From assembly GCF_018977255.1 (NCBI RefSeq), contig NW_024704743.1:50222001-50286000 (forward strand): a stretch of 64,000 nucleotides of DNA, given 5' to 3'. Shown piece after piece: positions 26,250-39,209 of the stretch. Numbering within the stretch: position 1 is the stretch's first letter; each line of letters begins with the position of its first letter. Made by a program: the position numbers and the translations under genes. The DNA comes from Callorhinchus milii (lineage: Eukaryota). The notes beneath the pieces were generated by a model, which saw nothing but the letters and a program-made list of their open reading frames with translations, had not been told where the DNA came from and did not search any database.

Positions 26250-26480
26250 ACCTGACGTGCTTTCATATATTATATGAGCGTCAGTGTCCCCACCGCCTCT
26301 GCAACGCCAACCTCCTCAACCAGATACCACACACACCCGCATTGAAATGCACACCGCATCCTGACCCCGACCCTCCAGCAGTAGCTGCTCCATCCCAACC
26401 ACTGCCGACTGCATTTATACAGCGCCCGTCACTGTGTGGGGGGAGGAAGTCCCCCAAAAAGGCGCTGTGATTGGCACTGT
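26250..26480 (-). promoter_or_regulatory. Candidate UBE2QL1 core promoter
   Basis: On the minus strand: CCAAT at 26474-26470 and TATAAAT at 26419-26413. An ETS-like GGAAGT lies at about 26445-26450 (plus). A second AT-rich box at about 26262-26276 is flanked by TGACG half-sites. Lies at the outer edge of the CpG-rich block. Confidence 0.4.
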
Positions 26481-26647
26481 TTGCCCATTCCAATCCAAAC
26501 CCTCTCTGGTGTCTTTTGTATTTGTTTTTTTAACATTTCTACAATAGTCACAATCACAATCATAATCAATAATAATCCTCGCGTTTGAGACGGCGCCTTA
26601 TCGCGTCGTTCGGGCGCCTCAAAGCGTTTCACAGAATATCTTGTAAA

Positions 26648-26969
26648 ATAATAATAATAATAATAATAATCCTTGCATTTGATATAGCGCTTTTCACGTC
26701 GGGAGGACGTCCCAAAGCGCTTCACAGAACACACTGTAAAGTGAATTGACCGTATATTTGTGGGCGAACGCGGCAGCCAATTGCGCACAGCAATGTCCCA
26801 CAAACAGTCGTGGATTGAAAATGACCAATTTATTATTGTTTTTGGTTTTGGAGGGATTATTATTAGGCTCTGTGTGGAGTAAGGAAACTTGCCCAAGGTT
26901 TCGCCCTCTGCCTGGAATTGAACTCAGGTCTCTCACTTGCAAAGCGAGTGCTTTGACCTACAGGACTCC
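26648..26969 (-). mobile_element. tRNA-headed SINE, short form
   Basis: Near-identical to 61462-61776; box A partly deleted. Confidence 0.88.
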
Positions 26970-28749
26970 ACATGTAGTGACTGAGTGTTTTGTGGGCAAA
27001 ACCCATCAGCCAATTGCACAAAGCAGTGTCCCACAAATAGTTATGGACTGCGTGACCAAAATTTTTTTTGGGGGAGGGATTATTACTAAGTAGGGTGAAC
27101 CTTAGGCAAGTTTCCTTACTCCACGTGACTCTGTTTACCGAGCAGTAAGTAGGAACCCATTTGTTAGTCGATTGTCAGATCGCATTTCCAGGGGTAATAT
27201 ACCCTTCAAGAAAAAATATTAATAATTTCGTCACTACAATTACATAGTCACAACATTTTGCAGGATATCCTGTGAAGCGCTTTTAGACGTCCTCCTGATG
27301 TGAATGGCGCTGTACCAAATGAAAGGATTATTATTATTAACAATAAATGCCAACTTGGTTATCAACATGTCTGCTCCACTGGTGATTGCTCTTGTTTTTT
27401 ATTGATCATTCAACTGAAGCTGCTGTCAACAAAGCTAATTAAATATGTGTGGTTGACAAATTGGCTTCACTGTGCTGAGCACTGGACTTTTGATTGGCAG
27501 ATCATGACACTTGACTGCCATTAACGGAAAACTAGCTCAGCCCAGAATCAGAATACAGTACAATGCAACAGCAACAACTTACATTTATATAGTGCCTTTC
27601 ACACTGGGAAGATGTATCAACGTGCTTGACAATGCTGACGTAGCACCTCAGCTCGGGGTACGAGCCAAAGTCAAAGTGTGTAAGCAGTTCAACAATAAAT
27701 AAATGTAAGTTACGTTAAAATTTACAAGGTTTTGGCTACTCTTCTTTGATTTCCAACCCCTATGGTTTGGCTGTATGGAATAGTTAGCATTATTCTGGCC
27801 ACTCCCTATTGATAAGCTGCACGGAGTGGTTAGTTACATTCCAGTTGAACGAGGAGAGGGATTCCGAGATGGTGTTCCAGAGAGGGGTGGTCAGGATGGC
27901 TGAAAGCCTGCCAATGGTGGGGCGAGTGGTGGGGCAGGATCATGAAGCAGGCCACTAAGCAAAGGGAATGGCTGGATCAGTAGATTTGAAGGCGGTCGCT
28001 TTGTCTTCTTGGAGGCTTAAAAGAAGGAAGTCAGGGTTGGAAGGATCCAAACTTTGTATTTTCCCATCACTGCTTCAAACTGTATCTTAAATTACACCCC
28101 CCAAATATAGAGTAGGAACAAAGACCACACCCCCCGCCCTCCCCACCCCCTCCCCACACATACACCAAAACAGTCAATGCTGTATTTATTAACTTCTTTT
28201 AAAAAACTAGATAATTATCTGTTTGAGAAAAATGATTAGAAGATACAGTGGATAGGTACAGACTGAGACGAGCATGGTTCCTGAACTGATTTATGCACCT
28301 CTTGGGGGTCGAGAGAAAAAAGGAGATTCCTAATAGACAATGGGATTTAATATGCAGCAATTTCTAACAGAATTCCTTAATTAGTGAACCAAGTGGGGAT
28401 TCCGTCCAATAATTGGAAACACATCATACTGAACCACATTTTCTTCACTGTGAAAGCAGATTGTTTTGGAGAGGGGAATAGTGTGGAGTGTATACACCAA
28501 CATGGGCCAGTTGCCTGTTTCTGTGCCGTATTACTAACTCTGAACTGTTTTTTTCCACAATGAAAATGCAATTTGAAGTGTACACAAGACCTGAATCTAC
28601 CCTCTAAACCTTCACGTCATCACCACGGAGTAACCAAAAACTCAACCAATCACTCTTACCTTAAGCTTGCTTCGAGTCAAGTCTGGTTAGGCTGCCCTCT
28701 CATCTACAGTATCCTCCAGCCTTGCATCACTATTGAAGAGCCTGAGCAC

Positions 28750-29270
28750 TGAAAAAACAGGGACATTGATCTCGAAGTAATCTTCTTGAAAATGTGAGGC
28801 TACCAGGATGAGGTAAATGCTTCACTGCTCACAATCCATCAAGTTGTTGCAGACTTGACACAAACGCAGAGGCAAAATGCAACCCAGATCAATGCAGCTG
28901 AAGGCTGCAACTTGGAGCAAAATGATTACATCACTGTGTTGGAAGGTAAAATTGAGTGCCCTACATAAAGGCACTGTCAAGCTCAAGGAAAATTGATGGG
29001 CTTGACAACAGATATAAGCAGAGTAACCTTTGTATCTTCAGGAACCTGGAGGATTCCGAAGACAGTCGAAAAATCAAAAATATCACGGATGAATCTCCTG
29101 GGCTTAAACCTGGGAACATGTAATGTAGAATTTTTGCAGTCCCTACTCCCCATTCTCTGCTGCAGACAACAAACTGCAATAGCCCTGAAGCTGTTGCCAA
29201 ATTTCTCAGCTCAAGAATGAGAGATCTGAACTTTCAGAAAGGCAGAGAAATAGGTCATTAAATTGGATAG
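28750..29270 (+). pseudogene. Probable L1-clade ORF1 remnant
   Basis: Manual translation gives a coiled-coil-like segment, then KIDGLDNRYKQSNLCIFRNLEDSE and VEFLQSLLPIL. This resembles the L1 ORF1p motif LENRSRRNNLRIxGIPE...FLxxLLP. Stops and frameshifts are present. Confidence 0.55.
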
Positions 29271-29999
29271 GACATCACATACCAAGCCTCCAATTTATTT
29301 TGATATATGTTGCCCAAGCCTCCACTTTATTTGACTGACACAAAATGTGACCAGTATAAGCTCTTCTTTAAAACGAAACATACAGAAAGAAATAACTTGC
29401 ACTGTTATAAAACGTTATCAAGTTGAAACATCTTAGGTACTTCACAGCAATTATTCTCAAGTGTCTTGACTGTGTCTTTAGCAAATAGGGTGACCACTTG
29501 GTTCACAGCAAGTTTCACTATGGTTTCATAGTGGAGCCGGTATTGTAGTGTTTTGCTAGAGGACCTGGGTTTGATTCCCGGTCAGGGTGAAATGTTGGGC
29601 AAATTTTGTTACTCCACATACCTCTGTTCAACTAGCAGTAAGCAGCAACCTGCTTGTTAGTCGATTGGTGGATCGTTTTTCCAGGGTATTAATCCCTTTA
29701 AAAAAAAGTTAAACATTTGGTCACTCAATCCACGACTCTTTGTGCAACTGCACTGCTGTGCGTAATTAGCTGCCATGTTTTGCCCACAAAATATACAGTC
29801 AATATATTCAATATGTTCTGTAAAGCTCTTTGGGATGTCTCAACAACATGATAAGGTGCTATATCAAATGCAAAGATTATTATTATTATAGACAGACACG
29901 ACCTCTGTTAAACATGACAACTGAAGGATGGTACCTCTGACAAATCAGTGCTCCCGCAGTTGTGAACTAGTGTCAGCTTACATATATATGAACACAAGA

Positions 30000-30385
30000 T
30001 CATTCAGTAAATTGAACCTATTCTGCCAGTTTATTAGATCATGGTAGATATTTTAATCCCATTTCCTTGTCTTTTCTTCATACCCCTTAATTCCCTTACT
30101 GACTTTCTATTTCTCTCTCTTTTAAACATCTTAATTGATTCTGCCTTTACAAACTTCAGTGATAGTGCATTCCACATTTTCATAACCCTCTGTATGAAGA
30201 AATGTTTCCTGATCTCACTTCTAACAATTTTAGCTCTGGTTTTAGGATTATGTCTCGTTTACTTTAATCCCTCTACCAGAGAGAACCATCCACTATCTTG
30301 CTTGTCAGTTCCCTTTATTATTTTAAACTCCTAAATCAGATTACCCCATTACTGCCTTAACTCTAAGGAATATAACCCATTTATA
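30000..30385 (-). mobile_element. Degenerate CR1 3' fragment
   Basis: Reverse complement resembles the RKHFFIQRVMKMWNAL region of the other CR1 copies. Confidence 0.7.
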
Positions 30386-31055
30386 AGCGGGAGTTTGGAG
30401 TTTAAAGACAGATTGAGGGGAGGTGAAACCAGGGAGAATATTTAAGCCATTTGCTCTTGCTGTGTTTGAGACTTTGCTTGTGAATTTTTTTTATTTTGAT
30501 GCATAATAATTTAGTGTTAGCAATTTTACATGTTGTGGGAGCAACACCCATGACGCAGCCACAATCATAGCCACCGTGAATGTGAATCCAATGAAGGGCA
30601 GCAGCCTCAAGCTTAATGGTTGCAGTGTCTGAAATAAGAGAATCAGTATTTGGAAGCACCTACTGTCCACCACTAATCTCTAGCAATAAGCATTGCTAAC
30701 AAAAAGCAGCAAGCTCACTGCAAGTCTTTGTGTTCCTGTCTCAGCTCAAGCAAAAGGTGAAGGTTGATTGTTATCCAACCATCCTGGCCAACAATACTCA
30801 TTAAACAAGATGCCCACAGGATGACTCCAGTTCATACATAACCATTTAACAGACCAAGGAAACCAGCTGCGAGGAGAATAGCAATCAATAAATGGATCCC
30901 AGTAAGTGTACAATCCATTGTCTAAGGTTTTGTGGAAATCTGATTATAAGTGAGATACGGGGTGCTTTGGGATGGGGTGAGAAATCTATATGGGACTGCT
31001 GGTTTACTGAAGGGCAATTATTGTTGAAACTTCACAAGATAAATGGTTCAGTGTG

Positions 31056-31340
31056 TCAGGCTGCCTAAGTTGGTAGCACTCCCACCTCTGATTCAGATGG
31101 TTGTGGCTTTAAGCCTCACCTAGGGATTTGGAATTCATATAATCTAAAATGACATTTCAATGCAGTCCTAGGTGGGTGTTGCGTTGTTGAAGTACCGTCC
31201 GTCAAATGAGACATTAAACCGAGGGCCCGTCTGCTTGTCCTGGTGGATCCCATGTCACTTTTTGAAAAGAGAAGGGAGTTTCTCCCAGTGTCCTGGCCAA
31301 CAGTTTCCCAAATAAAATTGGTTACTCTCTCCATGGCTGC
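31056..31340 (+). mobile_element. DeuSINE copy, 3'-truncated
   Basis: Aligns by eye with 32734-33020. Confidence 0.75.
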
Positions 31341-31354
31341 ACTATACAGTATGC

Positions 31355-31716
31355 AGAGTCCTGTAGCTCAGTGGTTAGAGCACTCGCCTCACAAGAGACC
31401 TGGGTTCTATTCCCGGCAGGGCCAAATGTTGGGCAAGTTTCCTTACTCCGCACGGCTCTGTTTACCTAGCAGTAAGTAGGAACCCTAAGTCGATTGGTGG
31501 ATCGCCTTTCTGGGGATAATAATCCCTCAAAAAAAGACAATAATAATTTGGTCACTCAATCCATGACTGTTTGTGGGACACTGCTATGTGCAATTGGCTA
31601 CTGCGTTTCACCCACAAGTAGACAGTCAATTCACTTTACAGTGTATTCTGTGAAGCGCTTTGAGACATCTAGAAGATGCGATAAGGCACTATATCAAATG
31701 CAAGGATTATTATTAT
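31355..31716 (+). mobile_element. tRNA-headed SINE, long form (CORE-like middle, Deu-like 3' part, L2 tail)
   Basis: Box A (tagctcagtgg) and box B (gggttctattccc); ttgggcaagtttccttactcc...cagtaagtagg; tail tatcaaatgcaagg(att)n. Confidence 0.85.
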
Positions 31717-32733
31717 ATGAAAAATGCCACCTAAGAAAGGCTCTCAAGACTCTCAACAGAGGTATAAGCTAAATAAAGTCTGCGTGCTCAGTGCCATTGG
31801 AACTAAGCCCTCGACATAAACAACAACATCTTCCATTTATATTGTGTCCTTTACACTGAATAATGTCTTGGAGGACTCACAGAATTGGATGCTGAGCAAG
31901 AGAGGAGGGGGAAGGGAGTGACCAAAGACACATTTAAAGATGTATGTTTTAATGCAGGATTTAAAAACAGATAGAGAGGGGACAAAACAATGGAGGATAT
32001 TGGAAGCCATTTGTTCTCGTTATAATTGACAGGGACCCTCGTGATTTAAAAAAAAATTCCATGCAGAATACTTTTTCACTGTATTAGCTAATTTCCATGT
32101 GGTGGGTGTAACACATTTCTTCAGTAAAGCGGTATTGTATATCATCGAATCAACAGTTTCAGATTTAGGATACTTTCAAACATCGCTCATCCTGGCAGCA
32201 GATTGAAAAGTATCATTGGGGAGGCCTGGATGCACAAGCCCTTTATTTGCTTGGCTTCTCAAGAGAGGAGTGATGTGGCAGGCTTCTGCAAGGAATGATA
32301 TCGGAGCTCTATTCCGATATCAAACATGACAGATGATACGCCCGAACCATCAGAATATGGATACCTTTGAATAATTCATGTGATGTGAACGATCCATGCA
32401 TTTGATTGCATGTCCACAAACATTGACTTGTCCTTTCAAACTCAAAGTATCCTGATCAAGTTCTATTAAACCTGACTGATTTTCTTTTGTTAGACAGCAG
32501 GCTGCTTTAGACAGGGGGCATGCTGAAAACCGTAGCCCATTCAAATGCCCGCTGATGCTAAGCTGTTTTCTGGATTGCTCCGAGCTTCTTTAGAAGAGGG
32601 TAATTTACTGGAGTTTGCCATCTTAGTCTTTCAAACTATTTTTTCCAGGCTTGTCACCAAAGCTATGTTGTTTTGTGATGTTCAGATTTTGAAATAATTT
32701 ATTTTTTCCACATGCCAACATTATACTTGTGTT

Positions 32734-33175
32734 TCAGCCTGGCTCAGTGGCAGCACTCTCGCCTCTGAGTCAAAAGGTTGTGGGTTCAAGCCCCACATCG
32801 GGACTTGGAATCAAAAAGTCTATGCTGACACTTGAATGCATTGCTGGGGGTTGGGGGGTTGCATTGTCGGAGATGCCGTCCTTCGGATGAGACATTAAAC
32901 CGAGGTCCCGTCTGCCTATTCAGGTGGACATTAAGGATCCCATGGTACTATTCCAAATTTCCCCCAGTGTGCTGGTCATCAAATCCCCCAATTAAAAGTT
33001 GGTCAGTCACTCCATGGCTGTTTGTGGGCAATTACTGTACGCAAACTGGCTGCTACATTTCGCCCACAAAATACACAGTCCATCCACTTTGCAGTATATC
33101 CTGTGAAATACTTTGACATATCTTGATGACTTGCTAAGGTGCTATATCAAATGCAGGGATTATTAGGATTATTAT
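32734..33175 (+). mobile_element. DeuSINE (SacSINE1/AmnSINE-like), near full length
   Basis: tRNA-like head (tggctcagtgg...gggttcaagccc), Deu-like body (ggatgagacattaaaccgaggtcccgtctgcc...gatcccatgg), L2-type tail. Named from a recalled consensus. Confidence 0.8.
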
Positions 33176-35539
33176 TTCTCACCACACCTTTCTTACAATT
33201 AGCACAGCATTGAGTATGTTGGATTATCGAATACCCATGTTTAGTTTGTTGTGTTCCTTAATTCTGTAGAGATGTATAATAATAATCCTTGCATTTGATA
33301 TAACACCTTCTCAAGTCTTTGAGACATCTAAAGTTCTTCACAGAACTGGTTGTTAGTCGATTGGCAGATCGCTTTTCCAGAGGTAATAATTCCTTAAAAA
33401 AAATACTAATTTGGTCACTCAATCCATGACTGTTTGTGGGACACTGCTGTGCACAATTGGCTGCCACACTTCGCCCACAAAGTATAGAGTCAATTCACTT
33501 TACAGTATATTCTATGAAGCGCTTTGAGACGTCTCGGAGATGTGAAAAGGCGCTATATCAAATGCAAGGATTATTATTATATTATTTGATACTGCGTCTT
33601 ATTACAATGTTGAAATGTTTCAATTTCCCACAAATAGCCATGGATTGAATGACTAATTTGATTTGAGGGATTCTTGGACACCAGCGGACATGTCTTTGCT
33701 TCCCCCTCTCATTGTAGTGCCATGGGATCTTTAACATTCGTCTGAACAAGCAGATAGGACCTAGGATTGGCTCTTCAGCTGCAGGACAGGTATATATCTT
33801 CATGGCTCAGAAGATCTGTACTATCTTATATGATAATTTGGTACCAAAGGCAGATTGTGAACTTTGAATCTTGTCCATCCTTTTAGGATTTGACTTAACT
33901 CTAAGCAATAATAGATTGCAAGATCACAAGTTTGGTTTAACTAATGTCTTATCCAATGGGCAGCACCTACTACTACGTGTATTTATATAGCAGCCTTCAC
34001 ATAAGCCATTATCCTGGAGCACTTTAAAAGATGGATTGTGATGCTGAGCAGGGGAGAGTGGAAGATAGAGGCACAGTCGAAGAGGTAGCTTTTAATGTGG
34101 TGTTTAGGGAGGGGGTGAGAGAGGGGGAGGTAGAGGCAGGGAGTTCCAGAGATTAGGGGTGTAGAAACCAACAATCCACCTCTGACAATGATCCACTCCC
34201 CAGCGTCAACCTAGACTATAAGCTCAAAGTCTTCATTTGGAGCTTGAACCCACAACCATTTCACTCAGAAGCGGGAATGCTGTTAACTGAGTCAGGCTGA
34301 AATGTCAACATCACAATACGGTGAGTTTGTGCTTCCCACTCTCAAACTGTATTTCAAATTTCCTTCTGTTTGAAGAAGAGGAGGGAAGGGGAGAAAATTG
34401 GTGAAGAGCATTGGTGACTCTCATCCCTCCTCCCTCACCCCCCGCAACACAGACACAATGTATTTTATGAGACAGCTGACATACAGTATTACACTATGCA
34501 TTTGATATTTGACATTCAAGCAACATGAAGATAGATAGAGGCACCTTATTTTAGGCTTCTGCATATAATCCTTAACTTGCCCAGACTAGAAGACAGATAT
34601 AATGAGACTTAGCAGAAAGAACGACACTTTAATCCAGATAAACCTTACATTAGAGCAGATTTAGGTCAAGGGTGAACAAACTCTGCCAACCTAAAAACTC
34701 TCTGCATGCAAGGTCATTCTCAGTGCAAAGTAATGTCCCCAGAATTGTGAGGATGGGATGAAAGACATACAATATCACCTTCCCCACTCTACACGTGTTT
34801 TTATACATGAAAGAATAGAAAGCATTCTGAGGATAATAGCAATAATTCTCCTTGCATTGATACAGTAAATTTCATGTTGGGAGAATGTCTTAAAGTGTTT
34901 CACAAGATTTACTGTAGAGTATAGTAGCTGTATATGCTGTAGAAGAACACCTACTTTTATCCCATACAAAGGACAGAGAGGGGGAACAGGAAAGGCCAAT
35001 ATGTGCGATAATAAAAATATTTAGGGCCAATTTTCTGGTGGCTGTTAAGTTTACCAATCATAGTCTTGCTATATTAAATAACCCTTGCATTTGATATAGC
35101 ACCCTACCACATCTTTGAGACATGTCAAAACGCATCACAGAATATATTATAATGTGAATTGACTGTATATTTTGTGGGTGAAATGTGGCAGCCAATTGTG
35201 CACAGCAGTGCCCCACAAACAGTTGTGGAATGAATGACCACATTTTGGGGGGAGGGATTATTACCCCTGGAAAGCAATCGGTCAGTTGACAAGGATCAGA
35301 GAATCGCTCCCTCAAAGTGTGTAAACGTATGCCTCTGGTTAGACAAAGTTTAGAAAATAGTTTGTGACCATAACATTGCTCAGATTGGTAACAATGTCTG
35401 AATGTGATGCTCCTTATGAGTGTGGAAATAATTTTTCAATGTGAAGAGAGTCAGAAAATATGTTTGTACTGGATATTTGATCACATTTTATGTTCCCTCA
35501 AATCCTGTGTGAATACATTCTGTGTAAATATTCTGTGTG

Positions 35540-36070
35540 TCAGTCTGGCTCAGTTGGTAGCACCTCATGCCTTTGAGTCAGAAGGTTTTGGGTTCAAGCT
35601 TTAACCAGGACTTTGAACTCACAGTTTAGACTAACACTCCAGTGCATTGCCTGAATGTGCTGAATTTTTGTAGGTGTTGTCATTCGGATGAGATGTTAAA
35701 AGAGGTCCTGTTTGCTGTTCAATTGGATGTTAAAGATCCCAGGGCATTATTTGAAATGAGAAGAAAGTTTTTCCCTGTGTCCTGGCCAACAATCCCCCAA
35801 ATAAATGTGGTCATTCACTTCATGGCTGTTTATAGGACATTGTGTCAGCCTGGGGTGCTCTTGCTTCTGAGTCATAGGGCCTATGACTGGTCTTAGAATC
35901 ACATGCTCTAAGCTCCATGGGTGTTTGTGGCACTTTTCTGTGCATAAACTGGCTGTCGCATTTCGCCCACAAAATACACAGTCAATCCACTTTACAGTAT
36001 TCTCTGTGAAGGGCTTTGAGCTGTTTCGATGATGTGATAAGGCATCAAATGTAAGGAATATTTATTTGTT
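35540..36070 (+). mobile_element. DeuSINE copy with an internal insertion
   Basis: Aligns by eye with 32734-33175. Confidence 0.75.
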
Positions 36071-37995
36071 ACTGTGCGTAAATTAGCAGTCGTGTTTCGC
36101 TTACACCTTACAGTAAATCCTATGAATCACTATGAGATATCCCCCAACAGGAAAGGTGCCATAGCAGCAAATATAAGGATTATTATTCATTATTATGTGG
36201 AGGAAAGTTATTGAAGGGATGGAGAAAGAGCACAGAATTGAAATTAGATGACGTAATTGGAGAAGAACACTAATACAATGGTTGAATGGTCTACTGCCTA
36301 TATTTCTGTGGTTGAATTTCTATCATTCTCATTTTTATGAAAAATACACAACTTATTCTGCTTTTGTTATATATGCATTTGATATAGTGCCTTATGTCAT
36401 CGAAATGTCTCAAAGCGCTTCGCAGGATTTTACTGTAATGTGTAGTGACTGTTTATATTTAGGAAAATGTGCCAGCCAATTATGCGCACAGCAGTGTCCC
36501 ACAAATAGTTCATATCATTGTCACAGTTCTTTAATAATGGCAATGTTATCAGAAGGTTTTGGGGGTTTGCCACAAGAAGCATTTATGTTAACAAAAGAAT
36601 TGTGAGACTTAGTGCTGGAACCTTTGTTTTATTTCTATGTTGTTTATATACAAATAGTATACTGTTGTAATACATATAGCTTTTGCTATTGTTAGCCATA
36701 ATGCTTCATGTACAGCAGATACCTAAACTTATATATTTGTTTCTGTAAGAATCAATGTTTCAGCTTTGATCCATGCATTTATATGGATGAAAATTGTAAT
36801 GTTTCATAACAGATTTCATTTGTCAAATATTTTATTGAATCTGTTTTGAAAAGGTGTATTTTCACCCCATTATTTTCATATATTTGTGATTTTACAGAAT
36901 GCTGCATCAGCGAGCACCATGTTAATACACATGGTTTCAACGACAAGATTGCAGTGAGCAGTACAGGTGAATTATTTGTCAGTGGACACAATGGGAAAGA
37001 GTTTGTTGTTTATGAACAATGTAACTGCTGCAAATGGTATGAGCTGCTGGAGGCAAAACCAGGACAGAATTGGGACTGTCCCAGATCACATGCACCCAGA
37101 GCCAATATAATCACAGCACTTGTCAATAACAGAGCTGAAATGAATAGAGCTCTGCCACAGTTTGCTGCAGAGATTCCCAGCAAACATATTGTAAAAGATT
37201 CAGGATTGAAATCTCCTGTGACTGCCTTTCAAGGTTGATAAAATGAAAACCAAGTCTAAAAATACCTACCCCGAGGGAATGGAGGTAAGCGGAGTCTCCC
37301 TGGAGATATGCTCAGCAGATCCACAGTAATCCAATGCATTGCTGATGGTTGACGGGTCTCTCTGTGTTCTCAATAAGACTCGGAAGTGTAGACAGGCTCT
37401 CCTGGGGGACAAAGCCCTAACAGGCATACTGGCGCCACCAGGGCAAATACAGATATGTGCGATTACTACCGTTTATTATTCGACCTCAGATTAAGTTTCT
37501 GTGCATGCTGAGTTGGGGGTCTTGTTTCAATTTTAATTTTTATACAAAGATCAAAGCTTGCGTCACAGGACTCCACTGGGAAATCACACCACCCTGATTT
37601 CTGCAAGCAAATAAAATAAAAGCTGCTACAATAATAATGAGTCCAAGTTTTTGGAGCTGATCACTTGATTTGCAAGTGCAGATTAATTAAAAATAAATCG
37701 CTTGAAGCCATCCCGCAGCTCTCTGTCTGTATCCATCTCACTGTGCAGCCTGTGGCTATCCTGACAATCTGCAGACAGTTAAGCTGGGGTCACCACCGAC
37801 TGATATGCCAGCACCAGATTCATAATAAAAGTACTCTACTCATACAAACTTATAAGGTACTATACAGTTCTTTCACTCTGCTAGTTTTCTCCATGAGGAG
37901 TGGAAGGGGTTAACGACCATTGGAGAAGGTTGAGTTAGCGCTGCAGTGCCTTGCTAATGGTAAGAAGAATGGTGAGGATCCAAGACAGGAACCTC

Positions 37996-38300
37996 TAATA
38001 ATAATAATAATCCTTGCATTTGATATAGCGCTTTTCACGTCTTCTAGACATCTCAAAGCACTTCACAGAATATACTGTAAAGTGAATTGACTGTAATATT
38101 TGTGGGTGAAATGTGGCAGCCAATTACGCACAGCAGTGTCCCACAAACAGTCGTGGATTGAAATGACCAATTTTTTTTTGAGGGATTATTATCAGGCGTG
38201 TGGTGTAAGGAAACTTACCCAAGGTTTCACCCTGCCAGGAATCGAACCCAGGTCTCTCGCTTGCAAAGTGAATGCTCTAACCACTGAACTATAGAACTCC
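37996..38300 (-). mobile_element. tRNA-headed SINE, short form
   Basis: Same internal deletion junction (gggattattat-aggcgtgtgg) as the other short copies. Confidence 0.85.
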
Positions 38301-39209
38301 ACTAATTCACCTTGGACCTGCTCTTCTCCTCCTACAGTCACATTCCCCCGACTCGGTGTCACGCTCCACCACTGGCTCCGAGATCCTACCCTGCATGAAA
38401 TATACTATATAAATGCAAGTTGTTACTGTTGAAGCAGATTTCCATTAGCTGGCAGATGAGAAAACTCTGAGGCTTGGGCGACAACTGCTGGAAGGCGTTA
38501 CAATAATAATTCTTGCATTTGATACAGTGCCTTATCATGTCTTTGAGACTTCTCAAAGCGCTTCACGGAATATACTTTAAAGTGAATTGACTATTTTTAC
38601 AGGCAAAACGCGGCTCTTGACAGAATATACAGTGGACGGAAGGGATTATTATCCCTGGAAAAGCCATCCGCCAATTGACTAACAAACAAGTTCCTACTTA
38701 CTGCTAAGTAAACAGAGGCATGTGGAATAAGGAAACTTGCTTCACTTTTCACCCTGCCTGGGAATCAAACCCAGGTCCCTTGTGAGGTAAGTGCTTTAAC
38801 CAATATGATATCTGAATTCCATGTTATATAACCATATATATATATATATGAATATAACCATGTTATCTGAATTCCTGGATAATGATCACCCATCATGAAC
38901 GTTGGGCCACCCAGTGGGACATGATGGTTGGTGCCTCCAAATGAGGAATCAGGTGCTTGGAATCCACCATGATTGGTTTGCAGAGAGGTAAGCAGATGTT
39001 GCTCAAGCTCCATGGCTCCAAGTGGTGGAACCATCGTTCAATGGGGAGGGTTGAGTGTTCAATCTGTGGGCAGGAAGATGGTGGCAATGCTCACATGCAT
39101 TTCATGATATTTCCAGAATTCTTTCCAGAATTAGGTAAACAGGAAGTGTCCCTCCAAGGGGAGAATATGCATTTTATTCCAATAAACATCTTCAGAATTT
39201 AATAATAAA

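Noticed and set aside
24750..26470. Long ORFs (358, 572 and 240 aa) upstream of UBE2QL1
   Set aside because: Translations of TG, CT and GGGCAGTGCA low-complexity repeats.
36846..37238. 130-aa ORF containing an exon-like 69-nt segment (36898-36966, ttacag|...|gtgaat)
   Set aside because: Non-ATG start, no recognisable homology and no partner exons found.
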